In this document: positions 8,853 to 18,238 of the stretch, one piece after another
Layout of the letters: each line of letters starts with the position of its first letter
How positions within the stretch are numbered: the stretch's first letter is position 1
From: Fimbriimonadia bacterium
GTDB taxonomy: Bacteria; Armatimonadota; Fimbriimonadia; Fimbriimonadales; JABRVX01
Reading direction: 5' to 3'
Length of the DNA: 64,000 nt
NCBI GenBank assembly: GCA_041483895.1
Contig: JBGPGO010000002.1
Coordinates: 64,001 to 128,000 of the forward strand
The notes under the pieces: model-generated
What the model saw: only the letters and a program-made list of their open reading frames with translations
Databases searched by the model: none
Told to the model about the DNA's origin: nothing
Program-made: the position numbers and the translations under genes

Positions 8853-9887
8853 TTATTTGCCCTGCGAAAAGCTGAACGGCGTGATCTTCTTTCCCTCGCT
8901 CGTAAAGCTGATCTGCCTTGACTTGCCGTTTGCGGTCAGACCAATGATATACGTCGTTTTGGGATTGGTGAGTGCCACGAATTTCAACTCCGCGTGGTCT
9001 TCCATCTGCTTTGCAGACTTGATGGTGGAGTTCGGCAGTTTTGCGCCAATCGCATCGCGCACCGCCTTCGGCAACTCGGCCTCGGATATTTTCCGATCGT
9101 AATCGAGGATATCTCCGTCCGGCGTCGCGTGGGCCTCCTTGACGCTGCCGTGCCAAGGAAATTCCACCTCATAAGAAAGAACAGACATCTCGCCCGTACC
9201 GTCGTCATAGCCAACGGATTCCACGGCCTGCACAAGCGCGCCGGGATAGGCGGCCTTCACGCAATCGACGGCCTTCCGCTGCTCTTTCGGCACCTGGATC
9301 TCTTTGGGTGTCGACGCGCTGCTCTTCTCTGCGGCCTCTTCCGCCTTTTCACCGCCCTCGTTCTCAGCACCCAACTGCTGCTGGCTTGAGATCGTGCCAT
9401 CTGGCCGGGCCACGATCAGATAGGACTTGCCGGATTGGGTTGCCTGAATCATATAGTATTTGGTCGGCGACTGCAGCGATACATATTTCAGAGTTGCGCG
9501 AGTTTCTTGCCGTTCGTAGGTGGTCACCTTCGAGCCGTTCGCTTCTTTCGAGATTCCCTTTGCGACGGCAGCCGGCAGATCGCCGGCTGAAATTCTCTGC
9601 TTTAGCTTCATTATGAGACCGTCTGGGGTGATGGGGACTTCCCCGGCGACGCCGCCAAGTTCGTAGCGAATCGTCCAAAAGAGCGGCGATCCATCAGCCG
9701 CTTCAGCGCCAAAATTTTTCGGTGCTTCCACTCCCTTAAGCGTCGCGCCAGGGAGCGCCTTATGAAATGCGTTGACTGCGGCTTCCGATCCCGGTGGATT
9801 CTGGATCGGCGATTGTCTTGCCGCGCAGGTCGAAATCACGGCAGATAAAGCCACCAACGAAGCTCCGGTCATCAATGAAATGCGCAT
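8853..9887 (-). CDS. secreted PepSY-like (BLIP-like) repeat protein
   Basis: Start MRISLMTG with GAAGGA RBS; duplicated 'TPDG.I...I...LP.AV..I' modules. Confidence 0.7.
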   Translation of the reverse strand: MRISLMTGASLVALSAVISTCAARQSPIQNPPGSEAAVNAFHKALPGATLKGVEAPKNFGAEAADGSPLFWTIRYELGGVAGEVPITPDGLIMKLKQRISAGDLPAAVAKGISKEANGSKVTTYERQETRATLKYVSLQSPTKYYMIQATQSGKSYLIVARPDGTISSQQQLGAENEGGEKAEEAAEKSSASTPKEIQVPKEQRKAVDCVKAAYPGALVQAVESVGYDDGTGEMSVLSYEVEFPWHGSVKEAHATPDGDILDYDRKISEAELPKAVRDAIGAKLPNSTIKSAKQMEDHAELKFVALTNPKTTYIIGLTANGKSRQISFTSEGKKITPFSFSQGK

Positions 9888-10069
9888 GTTGTCCTTCTGC
9901 CTACGGGTTACCCGAACATTACCTAGTATACATGGATTCCCGTTGTAGACGCGGGTCGTCTTGGCAACTGTTCTGGAATGAGACAACCATGACCCGCGTT
10001 TTGGAGGTCGGCATTCGACGCGGGCCACGGTGGTTGACATTTGGGACCATTCAGCAAGACGACCCGCGT

Positions 10070-10235
10070 CTACCGTTCGACTGCCTTCAACACATTCAGT
10101 TCAGCCACAGTGATCCATGTGTTGCCGGTCAGATCGCTGAGAGCGCGGAGGCGGATGAAACGACCACTTTTAAATTCGATCCGACCGAAGGTACGATTCG
10201 CGTATGCAGTCTGAAAGGGTTCTTCGAACCGCACA
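10070..10235 (-). pseudogene. possible remnant of a discoidin (F5/8 type C) domain C-terminus
   Basis: 'GRFIRLRALSDLTGNTWITVAELNVL' resembles the discoidin C-terminal strands; no convincing start and the rest of the domain is absent. Confidence 0.4.
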
Positions 10236-10310
10236 TTTGACCGATATTCACGTCCAACCGGAACGCAACGCAGGTGCGGGGATGCCGGCGTTACGTGATA
10301 TGATGAAGCC

Positions 10311-10661
10311 ATGAAAGCCGCCATGCCACTGCTCTTCGCCGCCAATCCCGCCGCGGCCCAGGCCTACGAAACCCTCGCAACCGCGCTTGGCAAGATCGGC
10401 CCATACACCGTGGAAGAAAAGAAGACGTCCCTGCACATCGTCGCTGGCCGAGCGGCGTTTCTTGGTGTTCATCCCCGCAAGAACGGCCTCCGCCTTAACA
10501 TCGTCCTGTCCCGCGAACTTCATAGCGATCGAATCGTCAAATTGGAACAGCCGTCCAAGACTACGTTTCATAACGAAATAGAGCTCAGAGCAGGCGAAGA
10601 TATCGATGGGGAGCTGGAGGCCTGGATACAGGAGGCATACCACCGAGTTGGAGGAAGCTGA
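10311..10661 (+). CDS. DUF5655-family protein
   Basis: 'EEKKTSLHI..AAFLGVHPRK..FHNEIEL..DIDGELEAWIQEAY'. Confidence 0.8.
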   Translation: MKAAMPLLFAANPAAAQAYETLATALGKIGPYTVEEKKTSLHIVAGRAAFLGVHPRKNGLRLNIVLSRELHSDRIVKLEQPSKTTFHNEIELRAGEDIDGELEAWIQEAYHRVGGS

Positions 10662-10758
10662 TTGGCCCGGGCCGGCGTTTGCGGATTGGAACTAAGCACC
10701 CCAAAAGGCTGAGCGCCAGTGCCATAATGAATCATCCTGACAATTGGGAGGTGCAGCC

Positions 10759-11244
10759 ATGTTGAGAAAAGTTATCGTTCTGAGCGCGGTCGCGCTCTTC
10801 GTCGTTGCAAATGCCGGACCTGCAGTGCCAAAGGAATGGAAGCAACGATACAACTCTCTGATGGGGACAATCAATAAGAAGGATGTCGCGTCGTTCAAGA
10901 AGTCGTTCGATGAGAGTTTCGTTACGATTGACGACAAAGGAAAGCAGTCCAGCCGCGATGAGTTCTTCCAAATGGTCGATGGCCTGATGGCGAACGCAAA
11001 GTCGGTCAAGACGAAAGAAAAGCTCCTGAGCGTCAAGACCCAAGGGGACACGGTGGACGTGAGCTTCGACTTCAGCATGACGGTGAAACACACGCCGTCC
11101 GGTTCGACAAAGGTCCATGAGGTCGGGGTTGACACGTGGAAGAAGGTCGGCGGCGTCTGGAAGATAATCAAAACGGTTGACAAAACGATGACAACGACCG
11201 AATCCAAGCCGAAAGCCAAGATCGCCAAGAAGGGCGGCGGCTAG
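10759..11244 (+). CDS. secreted NTF2/DUF4440-like protein
   Basis: GGAGG RBS, signal peptide, 'DTWKKVGGVWKI' NTF2-like C-terminal strand. Confidence 0.75.
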   Translation: MLRKVIVLSAVALFVVANAGPAVPKEWKQRYNSLMGTINKKDVASFKKSFDESFVTIDDKGKQSSRDEFFQMVDGLMANAKSVKTKEKLLSVKTQGDTVDVSFDFSMTVKHTPSGSTKVHEVGVDTWKKVGGVWKIIKTVDKTMTTTESKPKAKIAKKGGG

Positions 11245-11354
11245 TGCCATTTCGGGTTCAATTCGCGACCGCTCTGCCTGGGCAGGGCGGTTCGTTTTCT
11301 TGCGCGGCGTAGCGATTCGCAATCCCGGACCGTATAATGGATGAGGGGGATCGA

Positions 11355-11783
11355 ATGAGAAAAGTACTTCTGGTTACGGTCTTATTGGCGGGATTGGCGG
11401 GGTGCGGCCCGAAAGCCCCTGGACCCAGGGGATCGGTTGAGTCCGGTCCGATCGCGTGGATGAGCAGTTTTGACGCGGCGAAGACCAAGGCGGATAAGGA
11501 ACATAAGCTGCTGCTGGTGGATTTCTATGCGACCTGGTGCGGGCCGTGCAAAGAGATGAAAGAGACCACCTGGAAGAGCCCAAAGGTGATTGAGAAGGCA
11601 GCGGCGTTCGTTCCGGTCGAGGTGGACGTCGATCAGAATTCGTCGCTGGCCAATCAGTACAGCATCAGCGGCATCCCAGCCGTGGTGATTCTCCGTCCGG
11701 ACGGCACGGAAGTGGACCGGCGGGAAGGCATGCGCGAAGCCCCCGAGATCGGCAAATGGCTCGACGAAGTAGCCTCAAAGTAA
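11355..11783 (+). CDS. thioredoxin-family lipoprotein
   Basis: Lipobox LAGC; 'DFYATWCGPC', 'GIPAVVIL'; TATAAT upstream. Confidence 0.92.
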   Translation: MRKVLLVTVLLAGLAGCGPKAPGPRGSVESGPIAWMSSFDAAKTKADKEHKLLLVDFYATWCGPCKEMKETTWKSPKVIEKAAAFVPVEVDVDQNSSLANQYSISGIPAVVILRPDGTEVDRREGMREAPEIGKWLDEVASK

Positions 11784-11894
11784 TGCCGGCATCCTGCCGG
11801 CATTATTCCAGCCCTTATAGGACGTATAGGTCGTATAGGTCGTATAGGTCCTATGCGGCTAGTGTCATCAATGCCGGCAGGATGCCAGCGTTAC
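11780..11894. repeat. inverted pair of GTAA-footed REP-like palindromes flanking a 9-bp tandem repeat
   Basis: GTAATGCCGGCATCCTGCCGGCATTA (11780-11805); (TATAGGWCS)x4 at 11816-11851; inverted copy AATGCCGGCAGGATGCCAGCGTTAC (11870-11894). Confidence 0.8.
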
Positions 11895-13591
11895 GATTTG
11901 AGCAGTTCGCGGGCGTGGTCCAACGCGACCTGCGCGACCGCGGAACCACCGAGCATCCGGGCGAGAGCCGCAACCCGCGCCTCCCCCTCCAACCGCGAGA
12001 GCGAAACATGCGTCGCGCCGTCTTGCGCGCGCTTCTCCACGTCGAAGTGCTCGTCCGCCAGCCCGGCGATCTGCGGCAGATGCGTGATCACGATCACCTG
12101 GCTGTGCTTGGATAGCTCCCGCAGCTTTGCTCCCACCACCGTGGCCGTCTGGCCACCCAACCCGCCATCGATCTCATCGAACACCAGCGTCGGCGCGGGG
12201 CTCGCGCCCGCCAAAACGCACCGGAGCGCCAGCATAACTCGTGACATCTCGCCGCCGGAAGCGATTTTGGTGAGCGGCTGGGGCGGATGACCGGGGTTGG
12301 CGGAGAACAGGAACTCGATTGCCTCGGCCCCGGTCGAATCCGGCGCCTTCGGAGCGAGCGAAACCTCAAACGAGGCGCTTTCCATTGCCAGCTCCCTCAA
12401 CTGACTTGCAATGGCGGTGGCGAACTGCTTGGAGGCCTTTTTTCGCAAAGCGGATAGCTTGTCCGCGAATTCTAAAACCAGCGCCGACTGCTTCTGCTCG
12501 GATCCGAGCAACGCCGTCATCGTCTCTTCGTTGGCCTCCAGTTCGGCAAGGGCAACACGTGTCTTCGATCCGTAGGCAAGAACCTCTTCGATGGTCGCGC
12601 CGTATTTTCGCTTTAGCCGCCCAATGAGATCGAGCCGATCCGCGACCATCTGCAGCCGTTCCGGATCAAATTCCAGCGTGCCCAAATACTGTTCGAGGGA
12701 GGAATGAGCCTCTTGAATATGGATAATCGCCGATTGAATCTGCTCGGCGATCGATTGCATCGCATCGTCCAATTGCGCGGCTCGATCCAGCGCGGCTTCG
12801 GCGGAAGACAATGCCTCGCTTTCGCTCATTGCCGCAATGGCCGCCCCAACCTCGGTGGCCAGTTTTTCGGCGTTCAGCATCCGTTTGCGATCGGCGTTCA
12901 GTGTGACCTCTTCCGCCGGAACCAATTCCGCCCCATCAATCTCTTCCACTTCGTAACGATACAGGTCGATCAGGCGCTCCCTCTCCCGTGACCGCCCTTC
13001 CAACTCCTCGATATGCGATCGGGTCGCCCGAAGCTCGGCGCAGACGGCAGCCAGTTTCTGGCGCAATTGTGAGGCTTCGGGGCCGATCCAGGCGTCCAGC
13101 AGATCGCGATGGGCGCTGGGCCGGACGAGCGACTGGTGCTCGTGCTGGCCGTGCAGGTCAACAAGCAGTTCTCCTACGCTCTTCGCGACGGATGCCTGGA
13201 CGGGCCGCGCGTTGATGCGGCACTGGGACCGCCCTTCGGCGATCTCTCTCGCCAGGTACAGGCAGCCGTCTTCCAACTCGATTCCATGATCGTAAAGAAG
13301 CGAGGAAGAATCGGACCGATCGGACAAATCGGACTGATTCGTCCGATCGGTCCGATCTGTCCGATGCGTCCGATTTCCCCCCAAGTCGAAAACCGCCGTA
13401 ATCACGCACTTCGCAGCGCCGGTGCGGATGAACGCGCTTTCCGCCCGATCGCCCAGTGCCAACCCGATGGCATCCACGACCAGGGACTTTCCTGCGCCCG
13501 TCTCGCCGGTGATTGCGATGAGCCGGCCCGAAAACTCGATTCGCGCCGACTCGATGATCGCCAGATTCTCGACTGAGATTTCTCGAAGCAT
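11891..13591 (-). CDS. recN: DNA repair protein RecN
   Basis: Walker A 'TGETGAGKS', 'HGQHEH', 'ASGGEMSR', 'FDEIDGG', 'ITHLPQIA'; likely start MLREISVENL. Confidence 0.97.
   Translation of the reverse strand: MLREISVENLAIIESARIEFSGRLIAITGETGAGKSLVVDAIGLALGDRAESAFIRTGAAKCVITAVFDLGGNRTHRTDRTDRTNQSDLSDRSDSSSLLYDHGIELEDGCLYLAREIAEGRSQCRINARPVQASVAKSVGELLVDLHGQHEHQSLVRPSAHRDLLDAWIGPEASQLRQKLAAVCAELRATRSHIEELEGRSRERERLIDLYRYEVEEIDGAELVPAEEVTLNADRKRMLNAEKLATEVGAAIAAMSESEALSSAEAALDRAAQLDDAMQSIAEQIQSAIIHIQEAHSSLEQYLGTLEFDPERLQMVADRLDLIGRLKRKYGATIEEVLAYGSKTRVALAELEANEETMTALLGSEQKQSALVLEFADKLSALRKKASKQFATAIASQLRELAMESASFEVSLAPKAPDSTGAEAIEFLFSANPGHPPQPLTKIASGGEMSRVMLALRCVLAGASPAPTLVFDEIDGGLGGQTATVVGAKLRELSKHSQVIVITHLPQIAGLADEHFDVEKRAQDGATHVSLSRLEGEARVAALARMLGGSAVAQVALDHARELLKS
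13310..13374. repeat. 9-bp-period palindromic repeat inside recN
   Basis: 3x ATCGGAC followed by 4x GTCCGAT at 9-nt spacing; encodes RTHRTDRTDRTNQSDLSDRSD. Confidence 0.85.
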
Positions 13592-13647
13592 CTTCTGGGA
13601 GTTTAACATATATCGGCGATGTTTGGTTAGAGTGATACAATGCGAGT

Positions 13648-15096
13648 GTGAATGCTGAACCCAAATCCAAACGATGGGGCCAGAAGCGGCTGCGCCGCAA
13701 CCCGCAGACCCGCAGCCTGACGTTGCGGCTTCGGGAAAGGCGGGAACGCCAACAAAAAGGTCTCATGTATGCGACCATGATTTTCGCCGCGTCCTGCATC
13801 TTCGCGATCCTATATCAACAGATAGGCCTTCTGCTCGTTGGCGCGGCAATGGCGTTCACCATCTTTGCAGTGAATCTGGGCAACAGCTTGCGGGATGTGC
13901 TAAAGGGATATTGGTATGGCGAAGATCCGGATTCTGTTGGCGAATTGGCAATCGCATACCAAAACGTTACCGATCGGCATCTGGTGTTGCCGTTGCTAAA
14001 GCGGCAACTTCCCAAAGCACCGCGTCTGCTTCATAGCACCTTCTCGATCGAAGAGCTGCTCGCGATGCAGAAGTTGGTCCTGTCTACCGATGCGGAGCTG
14101 GCTCTGCTTGCCATCGAGGCGCTTGTGTATGTCGGCGACGAAGACTCGCTGATCTTCCTAACCGCCGCGGCAGATTGGGATGACGACGTGGGTAAAGCCG
14201 CAGGGAAGGCCGTACCAAGATTGAGGGCAAATATCGAGGCGGCCCGCGATGAAAACCGGCTGCTCCGGGCAGCGGAGAGGCCCCCGGGCGATAATCCGGA
14301 ATCTCTGCTCCGACCCGCCGGTATGGATGTTACCCCGGTGGCCGAACTGCTGCGGAAACCACCGGCTCAGGAGAATTGGGTCACACTCATGAATGACAAT
14401 GCGCGTGATTCGGTATGGATTCGCCGTCTGAGGACGAGGCGGAGAAGAGAGTCGTTATACTGCTCCTTCACCGCTATCATGATACTTGCCACGGCCTATT
14501 CCTGGATCATTTTGCGAGAGTTTTATCTTGGATGGTATTTTGTAGTGGCGGCGATATTTCTTGGGGCGGCTTTCCAATGGCGACGCGTAGGGGAGATTGT
14601 GAATAACCAACAGTTGGCAAACGATCCGAACGCTATTGGCGAGTTGGCGAGAGCATATCGAAATCCGATGGATCGCCGGTACGTGGTCCCAATTCTGAAG
14701 CGTCTCCTGCCAGAAGCACACCTGCATGAAAGCACCCATCTTTCCGAAAGCGAACTTGCTTCCATCGTTGCGCTTACCCATTCTAGAGACGAACAGCTGT
14801 CGTTGCTGGTAGTTGGCGCATTGGAGCGATGGAGCAATGACCGCGCCTTGGCATGCCTTCGGTCGCTGGCACAAAGGAAGGATATTGTCGGCGAGGCGGC
14901 GGCGAGGGCGGCGGAGCATCTGTCGGAGCAGTTGGAAAAGGAAAAGGAGACCAATCGCTTGCTGCGAGCCTCTGTTGAGCCCAATGTGACCGACGAACTG
15001 CTGCGTCCGGTCCAAGATGAGGCCATGGCCGCGGATGAGTTGTTGCGAAGCCCGGAGGAAGAGCGACCAGGAGACTCCCAACCGGAAGCGTATTGA
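13648..15096 (+). CDS. membrane protein with two tandem [2TM + HEAT-like + LLR-motif] modules
   Basis: Internal duplication: 'DPDSVGELAIAY..PLLKRQLP' and 'DPNAIGELARAY..PILKRLLP'; each module ends in three LLR motifs. Confidence 0.75.
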   Translation: MNAEPKSKRWGQKRLRRNPQTRSLTLRLRERRERQQKGLMYATMIFAASCIFAILYQQIGLLLVGAAMAFTIFAVNLGNSLRDVLKGYWYGEDPDSVGELAIAYQNVTDRHLVLPLLKRQLPKAPRLLHSTFSIEELLAMQKLVLSTDAELALLAIEALVYVGDEDSLIFLTAAADWDDDVGKAAGKAVPRLRANIEAARDENRLLRAAERPPGDNPESLLRPAGMDVTPVAELLRKPPAQENWVTLMNDNARDSVWIRRLRTRRRRESLYCSFTAIMILATAYSWIILREFYLGWYFVVAAIFLGAAFQWRRVGEIVNNQQLANDPNAIGELARAYRNPMDRRYVVPILKRLLPEAHLHESTHLSESELASIVALTHSRDEQLSLLVVGALERWSNDRALACLRSLAQRKDIVGEAAARAAEHLSEQLEKEKETNRLLRASVEPNVTDELLRPVQDEAMAADELLRSPEEERPGDSQPEAY

Positions 15097-15103
15097 TTCT
15101 GTC

Positions 15104-15775
15104 GTGGCAAGCCTGACAACGAAGCTGCGGGATCGCCGAACCGTTAGCGACAAGGGCGTCATGCTCATCGCCTGGATCGTCCTCGCCACCGTATTGACCG
15201 CCTGCTTGCTGGAAGAGCCCCTCTATCTTCTGATCGCCTGCCTGCTTTGCCCGGTTGTTCTGACGACCCATTGGGGTGAATCCCTCTCGGATATCTTCGA
15301 CCAGTTTTGGCGGGAGGAGGAGCCGATGGCCGCCGGACCGCTGGCAGTCTGCTACCAACAGGAATCGTCTCGGAAGCCGGTCGCGGACGCTTTGAAAAGG
15401 TGCCTGGCGCGGGCGCCTCTGATGGAACCGAGCGAAGTGCCGGCCACCGAGCGGCAGGCAATCCAGAGTTTAGCGATGTCCGCCGATCGAGAGATGGTCC
15501 GGCTTGCCGTTTTCGCAATCGGCTACATTGGGGACGAATCCTGCCTATTTTTCCTGAAGCATTTGGCGGCGCGGCCGGATGAAATCGGTGCGGTTGCGCG
15601 GGAATCGGCAGACCGATTGAGCGTTATGCTGCTGGAGCATCGGCAGAGCACGCGGCTGCTTCGGGCCGGGGAAAAGCCGTTTGGTCACGATGAGGAGAAT
15701 CTGCTTCGTCCGACGCGGTTGACCCTCACGCCGACGCGGCAACTGTTGCGGTCGCGGGAGAATCGGAGTCAATGA
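15104..15775 (+). CDS. membrane HEAT-like/LLR-motif protein, paralog 2 (start uncertain)
   Basis: 2 TM helices, 'AAGPLAVCY', 'AIGYIGDE', 'LLRAG..LLRP..LLRS'. Confidence 0.7.
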   Translation: MASLTTKLRDRRTVSDKGVMLIAWIVLATVLTACLLEEPLYLLIACLLCPVVLTTHWGESLSDIFDQFWREEEPMAAGPLAVCYQQESSRKPVADALKRCLARAPLMEPSEVPATERQAIQSLAMSADREMVRLAVFAIGYIGDESCLFFLKHLAARPDEIGAVARESADRLSVMLLEHRQSTRLLRAGEKPFGHDEENLLRPTRLTLTPTRQLLRSRENRSQ

Positions 15776-16464
15776 AACCGATCCTGCCTCGGATTTCGGC
15801 GAGCCAACTGCGCGAACGGCGGGTTAGGATTGGGCTCTGGGGAGGATTTTGGTCGGGACTATTTCTCTTCATCTTCATAATGAGCCGCGCTTTTCGGCTG
15901 CCATATCTTATGCTGTTGGACCTGCCCATCATTTTACTAGCGCTTTTCCGAATACTGCCTTTTGGCGCGCCTGGGGGAGGATCGTCAATCGACCCTCAAT
16001 ATCAGGGCACCAATACCGGATTGAGTTTTTTCCCGAAGGAAGATGTCGACTGTCCCGATCCCAAGGCCATCGGAGAGTTGGCGATCGCCTATCACGATCC
16101 CACCGCCAGAGATCGCGTGATCCCGCTCCTAAAGCAGTTGTTGCCGAGGGCAAACGAAGTGCATCCCGCGGACCTGGAATTCAACGAGCGCAATGCGCTG
16201 GACTCCCTCGTCCTTGCCCCGGATCGGGAGTTGGCATTTCTCGCCATAGACGCGTTGGTTTATGTCGGGGATGGGGGGTCCGTAGATGCCCTATCTTTTG
16301 CGATCACCTCCGAGCCGGAGCTGGCGATGGCCGCTGCCACAGCCAGAGTTCGGTTAATCGAGCGGATACGGGCGGAAAAGGAGAGCGCGACGCTGCTCCG
16401 CCGCAGCCAGCCCGACGCTATGAACCCCGATGAACTCCTTCGCCGTCCAGATGTTCAACTCTAG
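15772..16464 (+). CDS. membrane HEAT-like/LLR-motif protein, paralog 3
   Basis: ATGA overlap with the previous gene; 'DPKAIGELAIAY..PLLKQLLP', 'ALVYVGD', 'LLRR..ELLRRP'. Confidence 0.75.
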   Translation: MKPILPRISASQLRERRVRIGLWGGFWSGLFLFIFIMSRAFRLPYLMLLDLPIILLALFRILPFGAPGGGSSIDPQYQGTNTGLSFFPKEDVDCPDPKAIGELAIAYHDPTARDRVIPLLKQLLPRANEVHPADLEFNERNALDSLVLAPDRELAFLAIDALVYVGDGGSVDALSFAITSEPELAMAAATARVRLIERIRAEKESATLLRRSQPDAMNPDELLRRPDVQL

Positions 16465-16510
16465 CCAACCTGGGTAAAATGGCCGACGTGCGGGAAGGGA
16501 GCGAAAACAA

Positions 16511-17725
16511 ATGGATTTGAACGCTGTCCTGGCGCATCCATTCTGGGGCGCCCTCATCCGCATCATCATCGCGCTCGGCTTCCTTCTCAGCATCGTTCCG
16601 TTCCTAATCTGGTGGGAACGGCGGCTGCTTTCTTGGATGCAGGACCGTATCGGACCCAGTCGGGTCGGACCGTTCGGGCTGCTCCAGACGATTTGCGACG
16701 GCGTGAAGCTGTTCTTTAAAGAAGAGATCCAGCCGCGAGGGGTGGACCGGTTCGTCTGGATGATCGCTCCGGGCATCGCGCTCTTTCCCGCCATGACCGC
16801 CTACGCCACCATCCCCTGGGGGCCGAATCTCCAACTCACCCCGGTCGCAAACGTCAATATCGGCGTGCTGTACGTGCTTGCGATCAGCTCGCTCGGCGTG
16901 TACGGCATCGTGCTTGGGGGATGGGCCTCCAACAACAAGTATTCGCTCCTCGGCGGCCTGCGCTCGTCGGCCCAACTGATCAGCTACGAGCTGGCGATGG
17001 GATTCTCACTCGGCACTGTGATAATCGCCGCCGGTTCGCTGGAGCTGCCGAAGATCGTGGCGTCGCAGCTCGAGCCATTCTGGGGATCGGTGCCGTGGCT
17101 GCACAACTGGTTCATCCTAACGCCGTGGGGTTTCATCGGCGGCATGATCTTCCTGGTCAGCATGGTGGCGGAAACCAACCGCACCCCGTTCGACCTGCCG
17201 GAAGCCGAATCGGAGCTTATCGCGGGGTTTCATACGGAGTACAGCTCCATGAAGTTCGCGGTGTTCTTCATGGGCGAGTACGCGATGATGCTGGTGTTTT
17301 CGGCGCTGTTCACCGTCCTCTTTTTGGGCGGATGGTCGCCGCTGCCCGTCAACCTGACCTATCTCGCCGATCACACTTCGGTCGCTTGGCTTGCCGGACT
17401 TTTGCGATTCTTGGAAAGCTCTTGGATCGCCGGATTCTGGTTCATCGGGAAGCTGGTGGGAGGGATATCGTTTTACATATGGTTGCGTGCCACGTTGCCT
17501 CGTTTGCGCTACGACCAGTTGATGGCGCTGGGCTGGAAAGGGCTGATGCCTCTTGCCATTCTCAACCTCGCGGCGGTCTCCATTTGGATCGCGTTCGGCA
17601 TCGTGCCGGGTCTGATCGCGGCGGTGGCCATTACCGTTCTTTTCCTCCTTGTTACGATGGGGGGCCTCAAGAAATTCGAAGCGCGTTCCGTCACGTTGCT
17701 GGATGAGGCGGTGCCGCTGCGATGA
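16511..17725 (+). CDS. nuoH: NADH-quinone oxidoreductase subunit H
   Basis: 'ERR..MQDRIGPSRVGPFGLLQ..DGVKL', 'AETNRTPFDLPEAESEL', 'PRLRYDQLM'. Confidence 0.97.
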   Translation: MDLNAVLAHPFWGALIRIIIALGFLLSIVPFLIWWERRLLSWMQDRIGPSRVGPFGLLQTICDGVKLFFKEEIQPRGVDRFVWMIAPGIALFPAMTAYATIPWGPNLQLTPVANVNIGVLYVLAISSLGVYGIVLGGWASNNKYSLLGGLRSSAQLISYELAMGFSLGTVIIAAGSLELPKIVASQLEPFWGSVPWLHNWFILTPWGFIGGMIFLVSMVAETNRTPFDLPEAESELIAGFHTEYSSMKFAVFFMGEYAMMLVFSALFTVLFLGGWSPLPVNLTYLADHTSVAWLAGLLRFLESSWIAGFWFIGKLVGGISFYIWLRATLPRLRYDQLMALGWKGLMPLAILNLAAVSIWIAFGIVPGLIAAVAITVLFLLVTMGGLKKFEARSVTLLDEAVPLR

Positions 17726-18237
17726 CCTCGGACCTGTTCGTTTTCTGGACGCTCGCGGTCATTTCGGTCTTTACGGGTGTCGCGGTCATCGCCACAAAAA
17801 GCGCCATACGGAGCGCGCTGGCATTGGTGGTCAACTTCTTTATTTTGGCGATGTTCTATTTTCTGCTTGGCAGCCAACTGCTGGGCATCGTGCAGATTTT
17901 CGTTTATCTCGGCGCGATTATGGTTTTGTTTCTGTTCTGCATCATGCTGCTGCGCGTGGGCCATGCCGAACAGCTTACGGAAACAGGCGGCCTGAAGTTG
18001 GCCGGCGCGGGTGCGCTATCATTCGCGTTTCTTGCCTTGCTGATGAGCCAGGTGTTGGAGCCGGTTTCGCGGACCGCCAATCTTCCGGATCCCCAATCTG
18101 TCCACGCCGGGGTATCGACGGTGGAGGCGGTTGGGGCCGGGCTGTTTACGCGCTGGGCGTTTCCGTTTGAGGTGACCAGCGTCTTGCTGCTTGTCGGCAT
18201 CGTCGGCTCGATACTGCTGGCGAAGAGGAGGGTGTAG
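17722..18237 (+). CDS. nuoJ: NADH-quinone oxidoreductase subunit J
   Basis: '[15 protein letters not shown]', '[15 protein letters not shown]'. Confidence 0.95.
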   Translation: MTSDLFVFWTLAVISVFTGVAVIATKSAIRSALALVVNFFILAMFYFLLGSQLLGIVQIFVYLGAIMVLFLFCIMLLRVGHAEQLTETGGLKLAGAGALSFAFLALLMSQVLEPVSRTANLPDPQSVHAGVSTVEAVGAGLFTRWAFPFEVTSVLLLVGIVGSILLAKRRV

Positions 18238-18238
18238 C

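Noticed and set aside
11816..11854. Short tandem repeat as a CRISPR array
   Set aside because: 9-bp units with no spacers and no cas genes in the window
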